The position numbers and the translations under genes were made by a program. A DNA stretch of 64,000 nt from an uncultured archaeon (GTDB taxonomy: Archaea; Asgardarchaeota; Thorarchaeia; Thorarchaeales; Thorarchaeaceae), in the NCBI GenBank assembly GCA_964473825.1, contig CAYYQL010000003.1:10627-74626 (forward strand), given 5' to 3'. The notes below the pieces were generated by a model. The model was not told the DNA's origin. It worked only from the letters and a program-made list of their open reading frames with translations, and searched no databases. This document shows positions 29,168 to 39,795 of this stretch, in pieces (positions within the stretch are counted from its first letter, which is position 1; each line of letters opens with the position of its first letter).

Positions 29168-29644
29168 TTGCCCAAGAAAGCCGAGCTCTCGGAAGAAGAA
29201 CTTTCCAAGTCTCTCAAGGGCAAGACCTTGCGTGTGTACTGGTATATGCTCCGTCATACTGAACCTATGACAGCCAGAGAGATACAGCGCGGCGCACGTC
29301 TTTCCAGCCCGTCGTTGTCAATGCACCATCTGGAGAAGCTAAAGGGCTGTGGCTTGGTAGACAAGAATGTTCATGGTCAGTACAGCATCCGACGCGATGT
29401 TCGCGTTGGTGTGTTGAACCTGTTCATTGGAAAGGGGCGTCTGTTGGTGCCTCGGTTTCTGTTCTATGCCACATTCTATAGTTCCATTCTCGCTGCACTA
29501 TCTACCACAATGATCCTACTGGGAGCCCTTTCCGACTGGTTTACATTGGTCATGCTCTTGCTGCTTTCTTCAGTCTGTGTTGTATTATGGTATGAAGCTT
29601 TCAGAATATGGAGGGAACAGCCATTTCCAGAGGAAGAGGAATAG
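29168..29644 (+). CDS. Membrane-anchored wHTH regulator (ArsR-like HTH plus 2 TM)
   Basis: AREIQRGARLSSPSLSMHHLEKL followed by two hydrophobic helices. Confidence 0.75.
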   Translation: MPKKAELSEEELSKSLKGKTLRVYWYMLRHTEPMTAREIQRGARLSSPSLSMHHLEKLKGCGLVDKNVHGQYSIRRDVRVGVLNLFIGKGRLLVPRFLFYATFYSSILAALSTTMILLGALSDWFTLVMLLLLSSVCVVLWYEAFRIWREQPFPEEEE

Positions 29645-29727
29645 GTTCTAAGATTAGAACTATGTATACACCTGACAAGATACAGTCATCTGAAACGCAC
29701 CGAACCAATTACATGAGGAATGTCAAA

Positions 29728-30639
29728 ATGAGCGAGAGAGATGCTATCTGCCTTCTAGTTTTCATCGCCCTGCTCTTGTCTGCTCAGGGTGCAGTTCTAG
29801 GAGGTATGCCCTCCTCAGTCTTGACTGCTCTTGATAAATCAGCTTCATATAGCCCGAGTGCGGAGAATCCCACCGCACAGGTCTTCTACTATTCGCGTTG
29901 GAACACAACACCAACGCTTCTTACGAGTGGAAGTCACATAGCGGGAGATAACATCATCATCTTGGTCAAGTGGACCCATCCAGACCAGGTCAATGAATCG
30001 ATAATTGAGGTCAATGCCACGGTCGTTCCAAAGGCGATCTCAAACCGGAACATCTCTCATATTGTGTCCATTAATACTCGGGCTCTGGGCAACAACTTCA
30101 CCTGCCTTGTGAATGCGTCAGCACTGCTCACTAATGGCACTGTCATCACAGAGCTGGTCCCAGATGTCTTCTTGGGTAACTTCTTCGCCCCCCATATCGA
30201 GATAATGTCTCCAGAACCCGGTGACATATGGACAGGAGTCAATAACATCACTTGGTTCGGCTATGACAACAACACCGATGAAGTCCTGAGTTATGAGGTT
30301 CTACTCTCCCAAGATGGTGGCATCACTTTCCAAATCCTCGCTTCAGGTCTCAACCGTACTTGGTTCGAATGGAATAGCACCGGCTTCATCCGTCATGGAA
30401 ACTATTCAGTCGAAGTACGGGTAACCGATGGCATTTATACGACGTCTGCAGTGATGGATGGCACGTTCACAGCGGGGAGTATCATCCCAACGTCTACCAC
30501 AACAACCACAACAACTACCACCACATCAACAACCGTGGCTCCTCCTCTAGACACAACAGCTGCTTTCTTGGCTGCAATGGTTGTTACAAGCGCCATCATG
30601 GCACTCATTGTCTACTTCGCTGCCAAGAGGTGGCTTTGA
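29728..30639 (+). CDS. Cell-surface glycoprotein-like protein with Ig/FN3-like domain, poly-Thr linker and C-terminal TM
   Basis: Signal peptide from MSERDA, many N-x-S/T sequons, Thr run, TM ending AKRWL; start reassigned. Confidence 0.7.
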   Translation: MSERDAICLLVFIALLLSAQGAVLGGMPSSVLTALDKSASYSPSAENPTAQVFYYSRWNTTPTLLTSGSHIAGDNIIILVKWTHPDQVNESIIEVNATVVPKAISNRNISHIVSINTRALGNNFTCLVNASALLTNGTVITELVPDVFLGNFFAPHIEIMSPEPGDIWTGVNNITWFGYDNNTDEVLSYEVLLSQDGGITFQILASGLNRTWFEWNSTGFIRHGNYSVEVRVTDGIYTTSAVMDGTFTAGSIIPTSTTTTTTTTTTSTTVAPPLDTTAAFLAAMVVTSAIMALIVYFAAKRWL

Positions 30640-30640
30640 A

Positions 30641-31537
30641 CTAAGACAGAAGCCGATCAAGAAGGCTCTCCGTACTGACAACATGCTTGTGGAGTCCCAG
30701 TGTCTGTGGATCCATACCCATTGCCAAACCCAACAGCTGTGTGTAATAAAAGACTGGTATCTTGTATCTCTGTTCTCCAATCTCCTTGTTCAATTGCGCC
30801 TGTGAAACCTCAAACTGTAGATGACAGAAAGAACAGACATTGACTATTGCATCGACATCTGCCTCTATCATGTTGTCAAGCTTTTCCTTGGCAATGTCTA
30901 CACTGACTGGGACATTGCTTCCTCGTACGCCTCCACCTGCACCACAACACATGAACTTGTCTTTATACGGAATACTCTTTGCCCCCGTGACATCTACAAG
31001 TTCATCCAGAAATGTATGCCGCTGTGTCTTTTCCCATGGTCTGTTGTTACTAGGCTTCAGAAGATGACATCCATAGTGAACTGCTACTTTGAGTCCCTCC
31101 AATGGGCGTACAATATGTTTCTTGATTTCTTCAAGTCCAATCTCATGGATGACCTCGATGATGTGCTTCGCATCTACTTCGGCCTTGAATGGGATTCCTA
31201 GTCCATGGAAGTACCCCTTCACTTCCTTCAGCCGTTCGGGGTTTTCCCTGAGTTCGGCTAGTGTTTCCTTGAAAGTACCGTAGCAGCCATTACACCCCGT
31301 TATCAGATCGTTACCTGCCTTCTCAGCAAGTGCAAGGTTTCGAGAAGCCAGTGCCAACCAAGTTGGCTCATCAAATGAACGAATGACTCCTGGGGCTGGG
31401 CAGCAGCTGGCACCCTCAAGTTCCTCTAGCTCGATACCGATCCTCGGCAATACCTCTCTGATGCTCTTTTCTACATTCGGGAATCGGTTCGGCATCACAC
31501 ATCCCAAGAAAAACGAATACTTCTTAGCCTCAGTCAT
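30641..31537 (-). CDS. hdrB: Heterodisulfide reductase subunit B (copy 1)
   Basis: CCG domains: FLGC, CCPAPG, CNGC, HYGCH, CCGAGGG and CSFC. Confidence 0.93.
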   Translation of the reverse strand: MTEAKKYSFFLGCVMPNRFPNVEKSIREVLPRIGIELEELEGASCCPAPGVIRSFDEPTWLALASRNLALAEKAGNDLITGCNGCYGTFKETLAELRENPERLKEVKGYFHGLGIPFKAEVDAKHIIEVIHEIGLEEIKKHIVRPLEGLKVAVHYGCHLLKPSNNRPWEKTQRHTFLDELVDVTGAKSIPYKDKFMCCGAGGGVRGSNVPVSVDIAKEKLDNMIEADVDAIVNVCSFCHLQFEVSQAQLNKEIGEQRYKIPVFYYTQLLGLAMGMDPQTLGLHKHVVSTESLLDRLLS

Positions 31538-32121
31538 TCTTTCTCTCCTCCCTCTTCCTCTTGAATGAGCTTGTCAAAGCCAGTTCTCCTCATGATCTCC
31601 TTGACATCTTCCAGTGCATCTTCATGAGCATGAACAGTGGGTGGTATTTCTGGGATTTCCAATTCCTTTCGCATCTCTTGGTTTGCCTCATCTAGAGGTA
31701 CAGCATGGCCTGTCTGGAGCAGTTTCTTTGACACCTTTCTGTGTTGAGGAAGCATGAATCCCTCTTCAACGGCCATGTTCCTCATGATGACAATCGCATC
31801 TGTCACCTTGATCTGCCTCGGGCATCGTTCGAGACAGGTGAGACATGTTGCGCATAACCACAAGTCTGAAGAGCTCAACACCTCTTCCTTTAGCCCCAGG
31901 ACTGCCTTCCTCATGAGCTCTCTGGTTCTGAACGCAGTCCGTCGACCACTCGGGCAAACACTTGAGCATGTTCCACACTGAATGCACGTTCTGATGCGGT
32001 CCGCTCCTGCTTGAACAATTCTCTCGACAAAGTCTGGGTCAATAGACTTGTTCTCTATCGTTTCTCTTGAGATGGAGTCATTCATGGGGGAGTCCTCAAA
32101 GCTACGGCTGTATGACGACAT
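31534..32121 (-). CDS. hdrC: Heterodisulfide reductase subunit C (copy 1)
   Basis: CIQCGTCSSVCP and LWLCATCLTCLERCP; start may be about 12 codons later. Confidence 0.93.
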   Translation of the reverse strand: MSSYSRSFEDSPMNDSISRETIENKSIDPDFVERIVQAGADRIRTCIQCGTCSSVCPSGRRTAFRTRELMRKAVLGLKEEVLSSSDLWLCATCLTCLERCPRQIKVTDAIVIMRNMAVEEGFMLPQHRKVSKKLLQTGHAVPLDEANQEMRKELEIPEIPPTVHAHEDALEDVKEIMRRTGFDKLIQEEEGGEKE

Positions 32122-32175
32122 CTGGCAGGATTCGAAGGATATAAGGATTCAGTCACTGGCGGCGCACTTTTGTTT

Positions 32176-33273
32176 TCAATCTGTAAGATAATCTGCAGCT
32201 GAAAGCAGTCCGCGATTGCCGATACGCACATTCTTCAGCCCCACCTCTTTTGCAATGCTCCTGGCTCGCTCGGCATGTTCTTGACTGGTTCTTGGCAAGT
32301 CTCTCATCCAGTGGTGGGGTTGGAATCCTAGGAGCGCAGTGGGGATTGCATCGTCACAACTAGCTATGAATTCACAGATCTTCTTCACCTCTCTAGTTCC
32401 GACGTACCCAGGTATCAATAAGATGCTGGCAACTAGACCCCCTCCATCGCGATTCAGCCCTCTCTCGGCCAAGAGCCTGAAGTTTTGAAGAACAGTGGTA
32501 TTTGAGATGCCCGTCAGAGCTGTGTATACCTCCTTGCTCACAGCCTTCAAGTCAAACTTGATAGTACCTCCATAGTTCTGCACGACATCTGCAATGGGCT
32601 GAAGCCACTTCCGAGAGATATTTCCGTTTGTCTCATAGCAGATGGTTACTCTTGCCCTTTCGTTGGCTATACGCGATGTCTTGATAGTGTGTTCAGCATT
32701 GCAGGACGGGTCCCCTCCGAAATAGCAGACACATGCTGTAGTTTCGTTCACCATGGAGGCTAACTGTTCAGGAGTCATCAGCGGATGCCCATCTCGCATC
32801 ATGTCTTTGTAGTTCGAGTTCTGACAGAACAGACAATCAGAGTTGCAGGACCCGTAGAACACTGCAAGATTATGTCTTCTCTTTCCGTTTGGTGCATATC
32901 GCTGTTCACTGACAGGACAGACCCAGTCCGCGACGCAGTTCGTCGGGAGGGGATCGCGATACCAGGATACGATTGCAGAGTCCTGGTATATCTCGACGAC
33001 GGTTTCCTCTTTCGCAGTACGTAATCCACAGAAGCCAGTCTCGCCATCCTTGAGTCTGCAGTGGTTTCCACATTCAGTACATGTAGTATTTCCGTCTGAT
33101 GGCACCGCTGGCACAAGCTCCATCTTCTTTCTTAGAGCTTCATGCGATAGTGAGGCCATTCGGAGTAGCCCGGGATTATCGATGAGGCACTCTCCGCAAT
33201 AGCCCACGGTCTTGGAGGCAACACGTTTTTCCTCTGAGTGATTCGGGCAGTTCATCAAGAGGAAGACATCCAT
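32176..33273 (-). CDS. Radical SAM protein (PFL-activating enzyme-like/AmmeMemoRadiSam-like) with Cys-rich N-terminus
   Basis: CNSDCLFC, YFGGDP, ETNG and FDLKA motifs. Confidence 0.85.
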   Translation of the reverse strand: MDVFLLMNCPNHSEEKRVASKTVGYCGECLIDNPGLLRMASLSHEALRKKMELVPAVPSDGNTTCTECGNHCRLKDGETGFCGLRTAKEETVVEIYQDSAIVSWYRDPLPTNCVADWVCPVSEQRYAPNGKRRHNLAVFYGSCNSDCLFCQNSNYKDMMRDGHPLMTPEQLASMVNETTACVCYFGGDPSCNAEHTIKTSRIANERARVTICYETNGNISRKWLQPIADVVQNYGGTIKFDLKAVSKEVYTALTGISNTTVLQNFRLLAERGLNRDGGGLVASILLIPGYVGTREVKKICEFIASCDDAIPTALLGFQPHHWMRDLPRTSQEHAERARSIAKEVGLKNVRIGNRGLLSAADYLTD

Positions 33274-33376
33274 CTTACTCGGATGAATCTTTGGACTCCT
33301 CTGTCATCTTCTCACTCACGAAAGACGTCATTCGATACTGCCTTAGACAAATGGATTTAAGGCCGCATTCAACGCT

Positions 33377-33952
33377 ATGACGAGAAGTCGGTGGACAAAC
33401 TTGACCAGTGCTGAGGAAAAGGCCCCCATTGTTCTTGATGAGCCCGACACTGAGTTCGTCGAGATGATCAAAAGGACCGGCGGGCCTAATATCCAGAGTT
33501 GCTATCAATGTGGGACATGCAGCGGTAGCTGTCCTGCTGGTGCCAGAACCAATTACCTTGTGAGAGGCATCATCCGGAAGGCCTTACTTGGCCTGAAAGA
33601 GGACTGCATCTCTGCTCCGGAGCTATGGTACTGCACCACCTGCTACACCTGTACAGATCGGTGCCCTCAGGATGTCAAGCCTACAGATGTTATTAAGGCA
33701 ATCCGCAACATTGCTGTTCAGGAGGGCTATATGCTGGAGCCTCATCAGAAAGTTGCTCAGAAGGTGCTTGAGGCTGGACATGCAGTTCCTCTTGACAAGG
33801 AATCTTGGCAGAAGTTACGAGAGAAGGTGGGACTTGAACCAATACCCCCCAACGCCAGTCGATTTCCCGAGGCTATCGCAGATGTGGTCAAGATTGCGAA
33901 GAAGACCCATTTCGACAAACTCGTTGAAGAAAAAGAGAAGGATGAGGAGTGA
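33377..33952 (+). CDS. hdrC: Heterodisulfide reductase subunit C (copy 2)
   Basis: CYQCGTCSGSCP and CTTCYTCTDRCP. Confidence 0.93.
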   Translation: MTRSRWTNLTSAEEKAPIVLDEPDTEFVEMIKRTGGPNIQSCYQCGTCSGSCPAGARTNYLVRGIIRKALLGLKEDCISAPELWYCTTCYTCTDRCPQDVKPTDVIKAIRNIAVQEGYMLEPHQKVAQKVLEAGHAVPLDKESWQKLREKVGLEPIPPNASRFPEAIADVVKIAKKTHFDKLVEEKEKDEE

Positions 33953-33958
33953 TTTGAT

Positions 33959-34876
33959 TTGCCCAAGAGACCTGCTTTCTATCATTTCCTAGGATGCATC
34001 ATTCCGCATAGATACCCCAGTATTGAGAAGGCAACCCGACTGGTCTTCGAAGACCTTGATATGGACCTTCTGGACATGGAAGGTGCGACTTGTTGCCCGG
34101 CACCCGGCGTATTCGGATCATTTGACCGGATAACTTGGGCAACCATTGCTGCACGGAATCTCACCATTGCAGAGGAGACAGGTGATCCGATTACAACGGG
34201 ATGTAACGGTTGTTTTGCCAGCCTCTGGGATGCCAACCACGAACTGAAGCATGATGAAGAACTCCGCGAGGCTGTGAATGCAGGCCTGAAAGAAATCGGT
34301 CGTGAGTTCAAGGGCACCATCGAAGTTACTCACTATGTGGATGCTCTCTATAACACCGCGGGTCTGGAGAAGATACGAAAGCGCGTCGTTCGCCCCATGA
34401 AGGGCGTGAGAATGGCCTTACATCCCGGCTGCCACTGGATGCGTCCGAAGCTGCTGAAACAGAAGGACGACTCTGAGCGTCCCCACATTTTCCGTGAAGT
34501 CTGTGAGGTCAGCGGTGCTGAATACGTCCCGTATAAGGACGAACTCATGTGTTGCGGTGCCGGCGGAGCTGTTCGAACGGCCGATATCAAGGTCGCTCTT
34601 GACTTCACCAAACAGAAGTTTGACAGCATCATCGAGGCAGGTGGTGCTGATATGATTGTGACGCCCTGCCCGTTCTGTGAGTTACAGCTTGACCTTGGAC
34701 AGGTGGAGATACAGAAACACTTCGATGCCGAATATGTCTTCGACGTACTTCATGTCACCGAGTTGCTTGCACTTGCATTTGGCCATGACCCTGACGAGTT
34801 CGGTCTGAATACGCATCTTCAATATATGCAGAGAAAGAGTCAGCCCAACTGGCAAGTCCTTGGACTCAAGGCCTAG
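33959..34876 (+). CDS. hdrB: Heterodisulfide reductase subunit B (copy 2)
   Basis: CCPAPGVFGS, CNGC, HPGCH, CCGAGG and CPFC. Confidence 0.93.
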   Translation: MPKRPAFYHFLGCIIPHRYPSIEKATRLVFEDLDMDLLDMEGATCCPAPGVFGSFDRITWATIAARNLTIAEETGDPITTGCNGCFASLWDANHELKHDEELREAVNAGLKEIGREFKGTIEVTHYVDALYNTAGLEKIRKRVVRPMKGVRMALHPGCHWMRPKLLKQKDDSERPHIFREVCEVSGAEYVPYKDELMCCGAGGAVRTADIKVALDFTKQKFDSIIEAGGADMIVTPCPFCELQLDLGQVEIQKHFDAEYVFDVLHVTELLALAFGHDPDEFGLNTHLQYMQRKSQPNWQVLGLKA

Positions 34877-35022
34877 AAGACCTGTTTCTTCACTATTCAT
34901 CCTGCGATAGGTCCTGCCCTCAATCAGGCATTCTCTTGAGCAGTTAATTAGCCATCCGTCCCATGACTTGAGAAAGAAGTTTAAGGTGCGTTTCCACTCA
35001 GCTTGTACCGAGGTTGCATTGA

Positions 35023-35739
35023 ATGCGTCGTCGCCATTTGTTGATAGGTCTTGTCTTTCTTTTGGTGTTGTTTTCTCTTCCGAGTGCAAGGGCTCAATTT
35101 GGAGCTAGACTCTATCCGAACGAAACCCGAAGCCTTGAACACCTATGGGGGAACAGAAGAGGATACTATTTCGCGAATCTCACCGCAGGGAGTTGGACTG
35201 TGGTTGTCAAGAGTGACGCTTTCTGGGGAATGACTTTTGCTCTCACAGTATCAGATGCGAATACCTCGGAGGTGCTTGCAGAAACTGAAGGCCCCAGCAA
35301 GACAAGTGCTTCTCTGCAGTTCGCACTTGAAGAAGACACACTTGTCAACATCCTAGTCGATGAGGAGGCTGGTGAGGCTGGGTATTTCGATATTGGTGTA
35401 TACGATGATTTCAGTGCTTTGTACGCCGCCCACGGTGTCTTGCTGATTATCGCCCCCGTGCTTCTCGTTGGCTTGCTGGTCGCTATTGCATACGGGGTGA
35501 AATCCAGAGGACGTCGTTCTACCGATCAAGGCATGCAAATAGAAGCTCCTGCGTTCGTGATTCCCAAGAGCTATCGTCAGAAGCCTGAAGCTGCTGACAT
35601 TCGAACAGTCCGTCTCCCGACCAAGTGTCCTTCGTGTGGTGCGTCGCTATCGCAGGAGGGCATTGACTGGACCGGACCACTTGAGGCGAAGTGCAACTAC
35701 TGTGGTAGCGTAGTCAGGGCACGGCTGGAAAGGCTCTGA
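35023..35739 (+). CDS. Single-pass membrane protein with extracellular beta domain and cytoplasmic Zn ribbon
   Basis: Signal peptide, TM helix, CPSCG...CNYCG. Confidence 0.7.
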   Translation: MRRRHLLIGLVFLLVLFSLPSARAQFGARLYPNETRSLEHLWGNRRGYYFANLTAGSWTVVVKSDAFWGMTFALTVSDANTSEVLAETEGPSKTSASLQFALEEDTLVNILVDEEAGEAGYFDIGVYDDFSALYAAHGVLLIIAPVLLVGLLVAIAYGVKSRGRRSTDQGMQIEAPAFVIPKSYRQKPEAADIRTVRLPTKCPSCGASLSQEGIDWTGPLEAKCNYCGSVVRARLERL

Positions 35740-36139
35740 AGTGTGACGTGCAATCAAGTGTAGTTCAAACGGACATTTGGAAAGGCTCAGACGCTCGACG
35801 CAACCACTTAGAAGTTAGGACAATTGTAATCTCAAGTGGCTTGTTTGGGTGTAGAAACCACGATTTCCATGTTGGCTATCTCTTCGTACGTATCCACATC
35901 GTTCTTGGAATGTGAGTGGTTTCTAGAAATATATGCACGGGTGTACAATCTTGTGGCCTTCATCTGCGTCCCACCAAAGTATTATCCCTGTAATATTAAT
36001 GCTCATCGGTGAATGGGCGCCGGTGAAACATCAGCGATGTATTTCGCGCCAATCGGCTCGTGGTACGTTCCCGCCTTGTTAACGTCACACAACTAAGCTT
36101 TTATCATCGGTTTCAGACCAACGCGATAACGCCAACGGA

Positions 36140-39100
36140 GTGAACACGGTAATGGCAGGAAAGCCAATCGTAATCATCGGTGCAGGTATTGCAGGCATCC
36201 GCGCATCCCTAGATCTAGCAGATATGGGTGTCAAGGTATTCTTGGTGGAGCGTGAACCCTCCATAGGAGGCCATATGGCTCAGCTAGACAAGACCTTTCC
36301 AACGTTGGACTGTTCCATGTGTATTATGGGGCCATGGATGGTTGATGCAAGCCGTCATCCTAACATCGAGATATTGTCCTATTCCGAGGTCAGCGAAGTC
36401 ACCGGTGATAAGGGCGATTTCACAGTGAAAGTGTTGAAGCATACCCGCCGAGTTGACCCGGAGAAGTGTACTGGGTGTGGTGACTGCCAGCGTGTATGTC
36501 CCATCGAAATACCGAATGAATATGATGTGGGCCTGAAGATGCGCAAGGCTTCGTATATTCCGTTTCCACAGGCAGTACCCAATGTCGCAACCATAGATAT
36601 CGAGAACTGTATTCAGTGCATGACTTGTGTGAACAGCTGCAAGGCAGAAGCAATTGATTTCTCGATTCCAGATGAAACCCTTGAGATCAATGCGGGTGCA
36701 ATCATTCTTGCTACAGGCTATCAGCTTCTTGACCCATCTGAGGTCAAAGAGTATGGTTATGGTCGATATCCCAATGTGGTCAGCGCTCTTGAATACGAGA
36801 GGATGGTTTCAGCCAGTGGTCCAACCGGCGGGGTCATCATGCGCCCCTCGGATGGCATTGAACCCCACCGGATTGCCTTTATCCAGTGTGTAGGCAGTCG
36901 CGATGTGAATCATTGTGCTTATTGTTCAAAGATATGTTGTACCTATGCCACGAAAGAAGCAATAATCACCAAGGAGCACACACCAGAGGTACATATCGAT
37001 CTGCTCTATAATGATATGCGTGCCTTTGGCAAGGGATTTGAGGAGTTTCTTGTACGGGGCGAAAACGACTATGGAATCAATTACGTGAAGGGTCTTCCCA
37101 GTGAGATCATCGAGGACCCAAAGACGCGAGGACTGATTGTTCGACACAGCGATGCGAAAGGCCATGAAGTCTTGGATGACCATTATGACCTAGTGGTTCT
37201 CTGTCCAGCCATGGTACCAAACGAAAATGCAGAACTGCATGAGACTCTGGGAATCGATGTGGATCAATACGGCTTTGTGCATGGGCCTGCTGGACACATC
37301 GAGAGTGTGATGACCACGGTTCCAGGGATCTACATGTGTGGCTCAGTGAATCAACCCAAAGATATCCCTGATTCTGTGGCTCAAGGTAGCGCCGCTGCTG
37401 CATTAGCGATACAGGACATCGACCTTCCTGAACGGCGCGAAACTGAGGAGCTGACAGAGGCTGACCTTGATATGATGACGGCTGAACCCCGTGTCGGCGT
37501 TTTCGTCTGCTCTTGTGGTATCAATATTGCAGGAACAGTTGATGTTGATGAAGTGAGAAACTATGCAGATAGTCTTCCGGGCGTGGTCTATACCGAGAAC
37601 CTACTCTATTCCTGTTCCTCTGACGCTCAAGTTGTGATTAAGGATGCTATCAAGGAACACGACCTCAACCGTGTCGTAGTTGCATCTTGCACACCCCGTA
37701 CGCATGAACCGCTGTTTCGGTCAACTATCGAGGAGGCAGGACTAAACAAGTACCTCTTTGAAATGGCGAATATCAGAGAACACTGCTCGTGGATTCATCA
37801 GGGCGCAAAGGATGAGGCGACATCAAAGGCGATGGATCTTGTCAGAATGGCTGTGGCGAAATCTAGGCTACTGGAGCCGCAGGAAGAGGCTGTCACTGAT
37901 ATCGAGCCGAGTGCTCTTGTCATCGGTGCTGGCGTGGCGGGGATGTCTGCTGCGAAGGCAATTGCCGAGAAGGGCTTCAAGGTCTATATTGTCGAGAAGG
38001 AAGATGAAGTCGGTGGATATCTGAACAATCTTGTCAGTGTCAACTTCGATTTCAGGTCGGCCTCCGATGTTGTTAAGGAGCTTCGAGATGAGATATCTAG
38101 TATCGAAACCATCGACTTGATGCTCGAATCGGAGGTTGTCGACGCTAGGGGCTCTATTGGCGACTTCGAGGTGACCATCAAGACTGGCAAGAAGAAGACA
38201 GACCTCAAAGTGGGGGTTGTAATCGTTGCAACCGGAGCACATGCATTGGAGGAAGAGGGTCTGTATGGATTCAAGAAGATTCCCGAGGTTATTACTGAGG
38301 AAGAATTCAACCATAGGATCAATGAAGATGCTCTTCCTGCCGATGCGACCTATGCTGTGATTCATTGCGCTGGCTCCCGCGAGGATGAGTCCCTTGAGGG
38401 CGCTCGAACTTGGTGTTCAGGGATATGTTGTACAGTGGCTCTTGAACATACACTAGAGCTCTTGGAAAAACACCCCGGATCCCGAGTCTTCCATCTCTAT
38501 CGCGACCTGAGGGTCCACTATGCGGGTGAAGACAAATATCGGGAGGCCCGAAAGAAGGGAGTGGTATTCATCCGATTCGACAAGGATAGCCCTCCTGAGG
38601 TGAAGAAGGGTCATTCTGCTGCGATACGTGTTGAGGTATTGGACCAGATTCTCGGCGCGAAGCTCAACTTGGACGTTGATTATGTTGTTCTGGCAACCGC
38701 AATGATTCCTCCTGAAACAAACAAGCATTTGGGTGAGATTTTCAAGATTCCAACGAACATGTCGGGATTCTTCATGGAGGCACATCCAAAGCTCAGGCCC
38801 GTTGACTTCCAGACTGATGGTATCTATGTGGCTGGGACTGCAACTGCTCCAAAGCCCATTGATGAAGCCATTGCACAGGGTCGAGGTGCGGCCGCTCGTG
38901 CTCTCATACCTCTTGTTAGTGGCATAAGGAAGGCTGAGGCGATTGTATCAGTGGTTGACCCCGAGGTCTGCGTTGGCTGTGGTACCTGCGAAATCAACTG
39001 CTCGTACAATGCCATTGAGGTGATTCCCGGCGACGGTGGTCATGACTATGCCATGTCAAATCCTGTACTCTGTCAAGGATGTGGGAAGTGTGCTGCTGGT

Positions 39101-39592
39101 TGTCCCGCCGGTGCCATCACAATGAAACACTTCACAGATGACCAGATTCTGGCCCAAATCCGCGCAGCTCTCTCTGACATGCCTGCGAACCAACCGCGAA
39201 TCCTTACAATAGTCTGCAACTGGTGCTCGTATGCCGGGGCGGATAGCGCTGGTGTATCGAGGTTTCAGCAGCCCCCTACCGTCCGCGACATCCGTGTGAT
39301 GTGTACCGGGAGAGTAAGCGTCACCCACATATTGGAGGCATTTCGACAGGGAGCTGATATGGTCTGGATATCGGGTTGTCACTTCGGCGACTGTCACTAC
39401 GTTGATGGAGTTTCCGCATTTGAACGTAGATATCTCATAGCAAAGAAGATCATTGAGAAAGCGGGATTGGAGCCGGAGCGATTACAGTTCACTCATATTA
39501 GCGCAAGTGAGGGTGCTATCTGGGCGGAGAAGGTCAAGGAACTCTCTGAACTGGTTGAACGACTGGGGCTCACCCCCCTGAGAAAGAGGTAG
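36140..39592 (+). CDS. hdrA: Large HdrA-type flavoprotein (two FAD modules) fused to C-terminal MvhD
   Basis: Two GAGxAG motifs, DKTFPTLDC, CVGSR...CSKICC, ferredoxin motifs, MvhD CNWC/RVMCTGR/GCHFGDCHY; ATG 36152 is the likely start. Confidence 0.93.
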   Translation: MNTVMAGKPIVIIGAGIAGIRASLDLADMGVKVFLVEREPSIGGHMAQLDKTFPTLDCSMCIMGPWMVDASRHPNIEILSYSEVSEVTGDKGDFTVKVLKHTRRVDPEKCTGCGDCQRVCPIEIPNEYDVGLKMRKASYIPFPQAVPNVATIDIENCIQCMTCVNSCKAEAIDFSIPDETLEINAGAIILATGYQLLDPSEVKEYGYGRYPNVVSALEYERMVSASGPTGGVIMRPSDGIEPHRIAFIQCVGSRDVNHCAYCSKICCTYATKEAIITKEHTPEVHIDLLYNDMRAFGKGFEEFLVRGENDYGINYVKGLPSEIIEDPKTRGLIVRHSDAKGHEVLDDHYDLVVLCPAMVPNENAELHETLGIDVDQYGFVHGPAGHIESVMTTVPGIYMCGSVNQPKDIPDSVAQGSAAAALAIQDIDLPERRETEELTEADLDMMTAEPRVGVFVCSCGINIAGTVDVDEVRNYADSLPGVVYTENLLYSCSSDAQVVIKDAIKEHDLNRVVVASCTPRTHEPLFRSTIEEAGLNKYLFEMANIREHCSWIHQGAKDEATSKAMDLVRMAVAKSRLLEPQEEAVTDIEPSALVIGAGVAGMSAAKAIAEKGFKVYIVEKEDEVGGYLNNLVSVNFDFRSASDVVKELRDEISSIETIDLMLESEVVDARGSIGDFEVTIKTGKKKTDLKVGVVIVATGAHALEEEGLYGFKKIPEVITEEEFNHRINEDALPADATYAVIHCAGSREDESLEGARTWCSGICCTVALEHTLELLEKHPGSRVFHLYRDLRVHYAGEDKYREARKKGVVFIRFDKDSPPEVKKGHSAAIRVEVLDQILGAKLNLDVDYVVLATAMIPPETNKHLGEIFKIPTNMSGFFMEAHPKLRPVDFQTDGIYVAGTATAPKPIDEAIAQGRGAAARALIPLVSGIRKAEAIVSVVDPEVCVGCGTCEINCSYNAIEVIPGDGGHDYAMSNPVLCQGCGKCAAGCPAGAITMKHFTDDQILAQIRAALSDMPANQPRILTIVCNWCSYAGADSAGVSRFQQPPTVRDIRVMCTGRVSVTHILEAFRQGADMVWISGCHFGDCHYVDGVSAFERRYLIAKKIIEKAGLEPERLQFTHISASEGAIWAEKVKELSELVERLGLTPLRKR
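39416..39592 (+). repeat. Left copy of diverged direct repeat (last 58 codons of hdrA-mvhD)
   Basis: 50/58 aa identical to 44879..45055. Confidence 0.85.
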
Positions 39593-39795
39593 AATGAGGC
39601 CATTTCTGGCACCAACCTATCTTGAGCCAATTCCCTGGCATACTCGTGAAATAGGAAGTATAGGAGTACTGCCACCGCAGATTATTCCTTGCGAATGCTA
39701 ATGAGCCTTTCTGATGCTGTTCCATGTAGTACAGGTTCATGCATAACATGAACGATTTTGAAAGAGTATAATAGAGACTGCCGAAACTGAATCGT

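Noticed and set aside
30490-30535. ACC/ACA-rich low-complexity repeat
   Set aside because: It encodes an ordinary poly-Thr linker of a surface protein.
36016-36050. Hairpin GGCGC..GAAA.CATC/GATG..TTTC.GCGCC upstream of hdrA as a riboswitch
   Set aside because: It is short and interrupted, matches no family I recognise, and lies upstream of the likely TATA box (~36097-36104).
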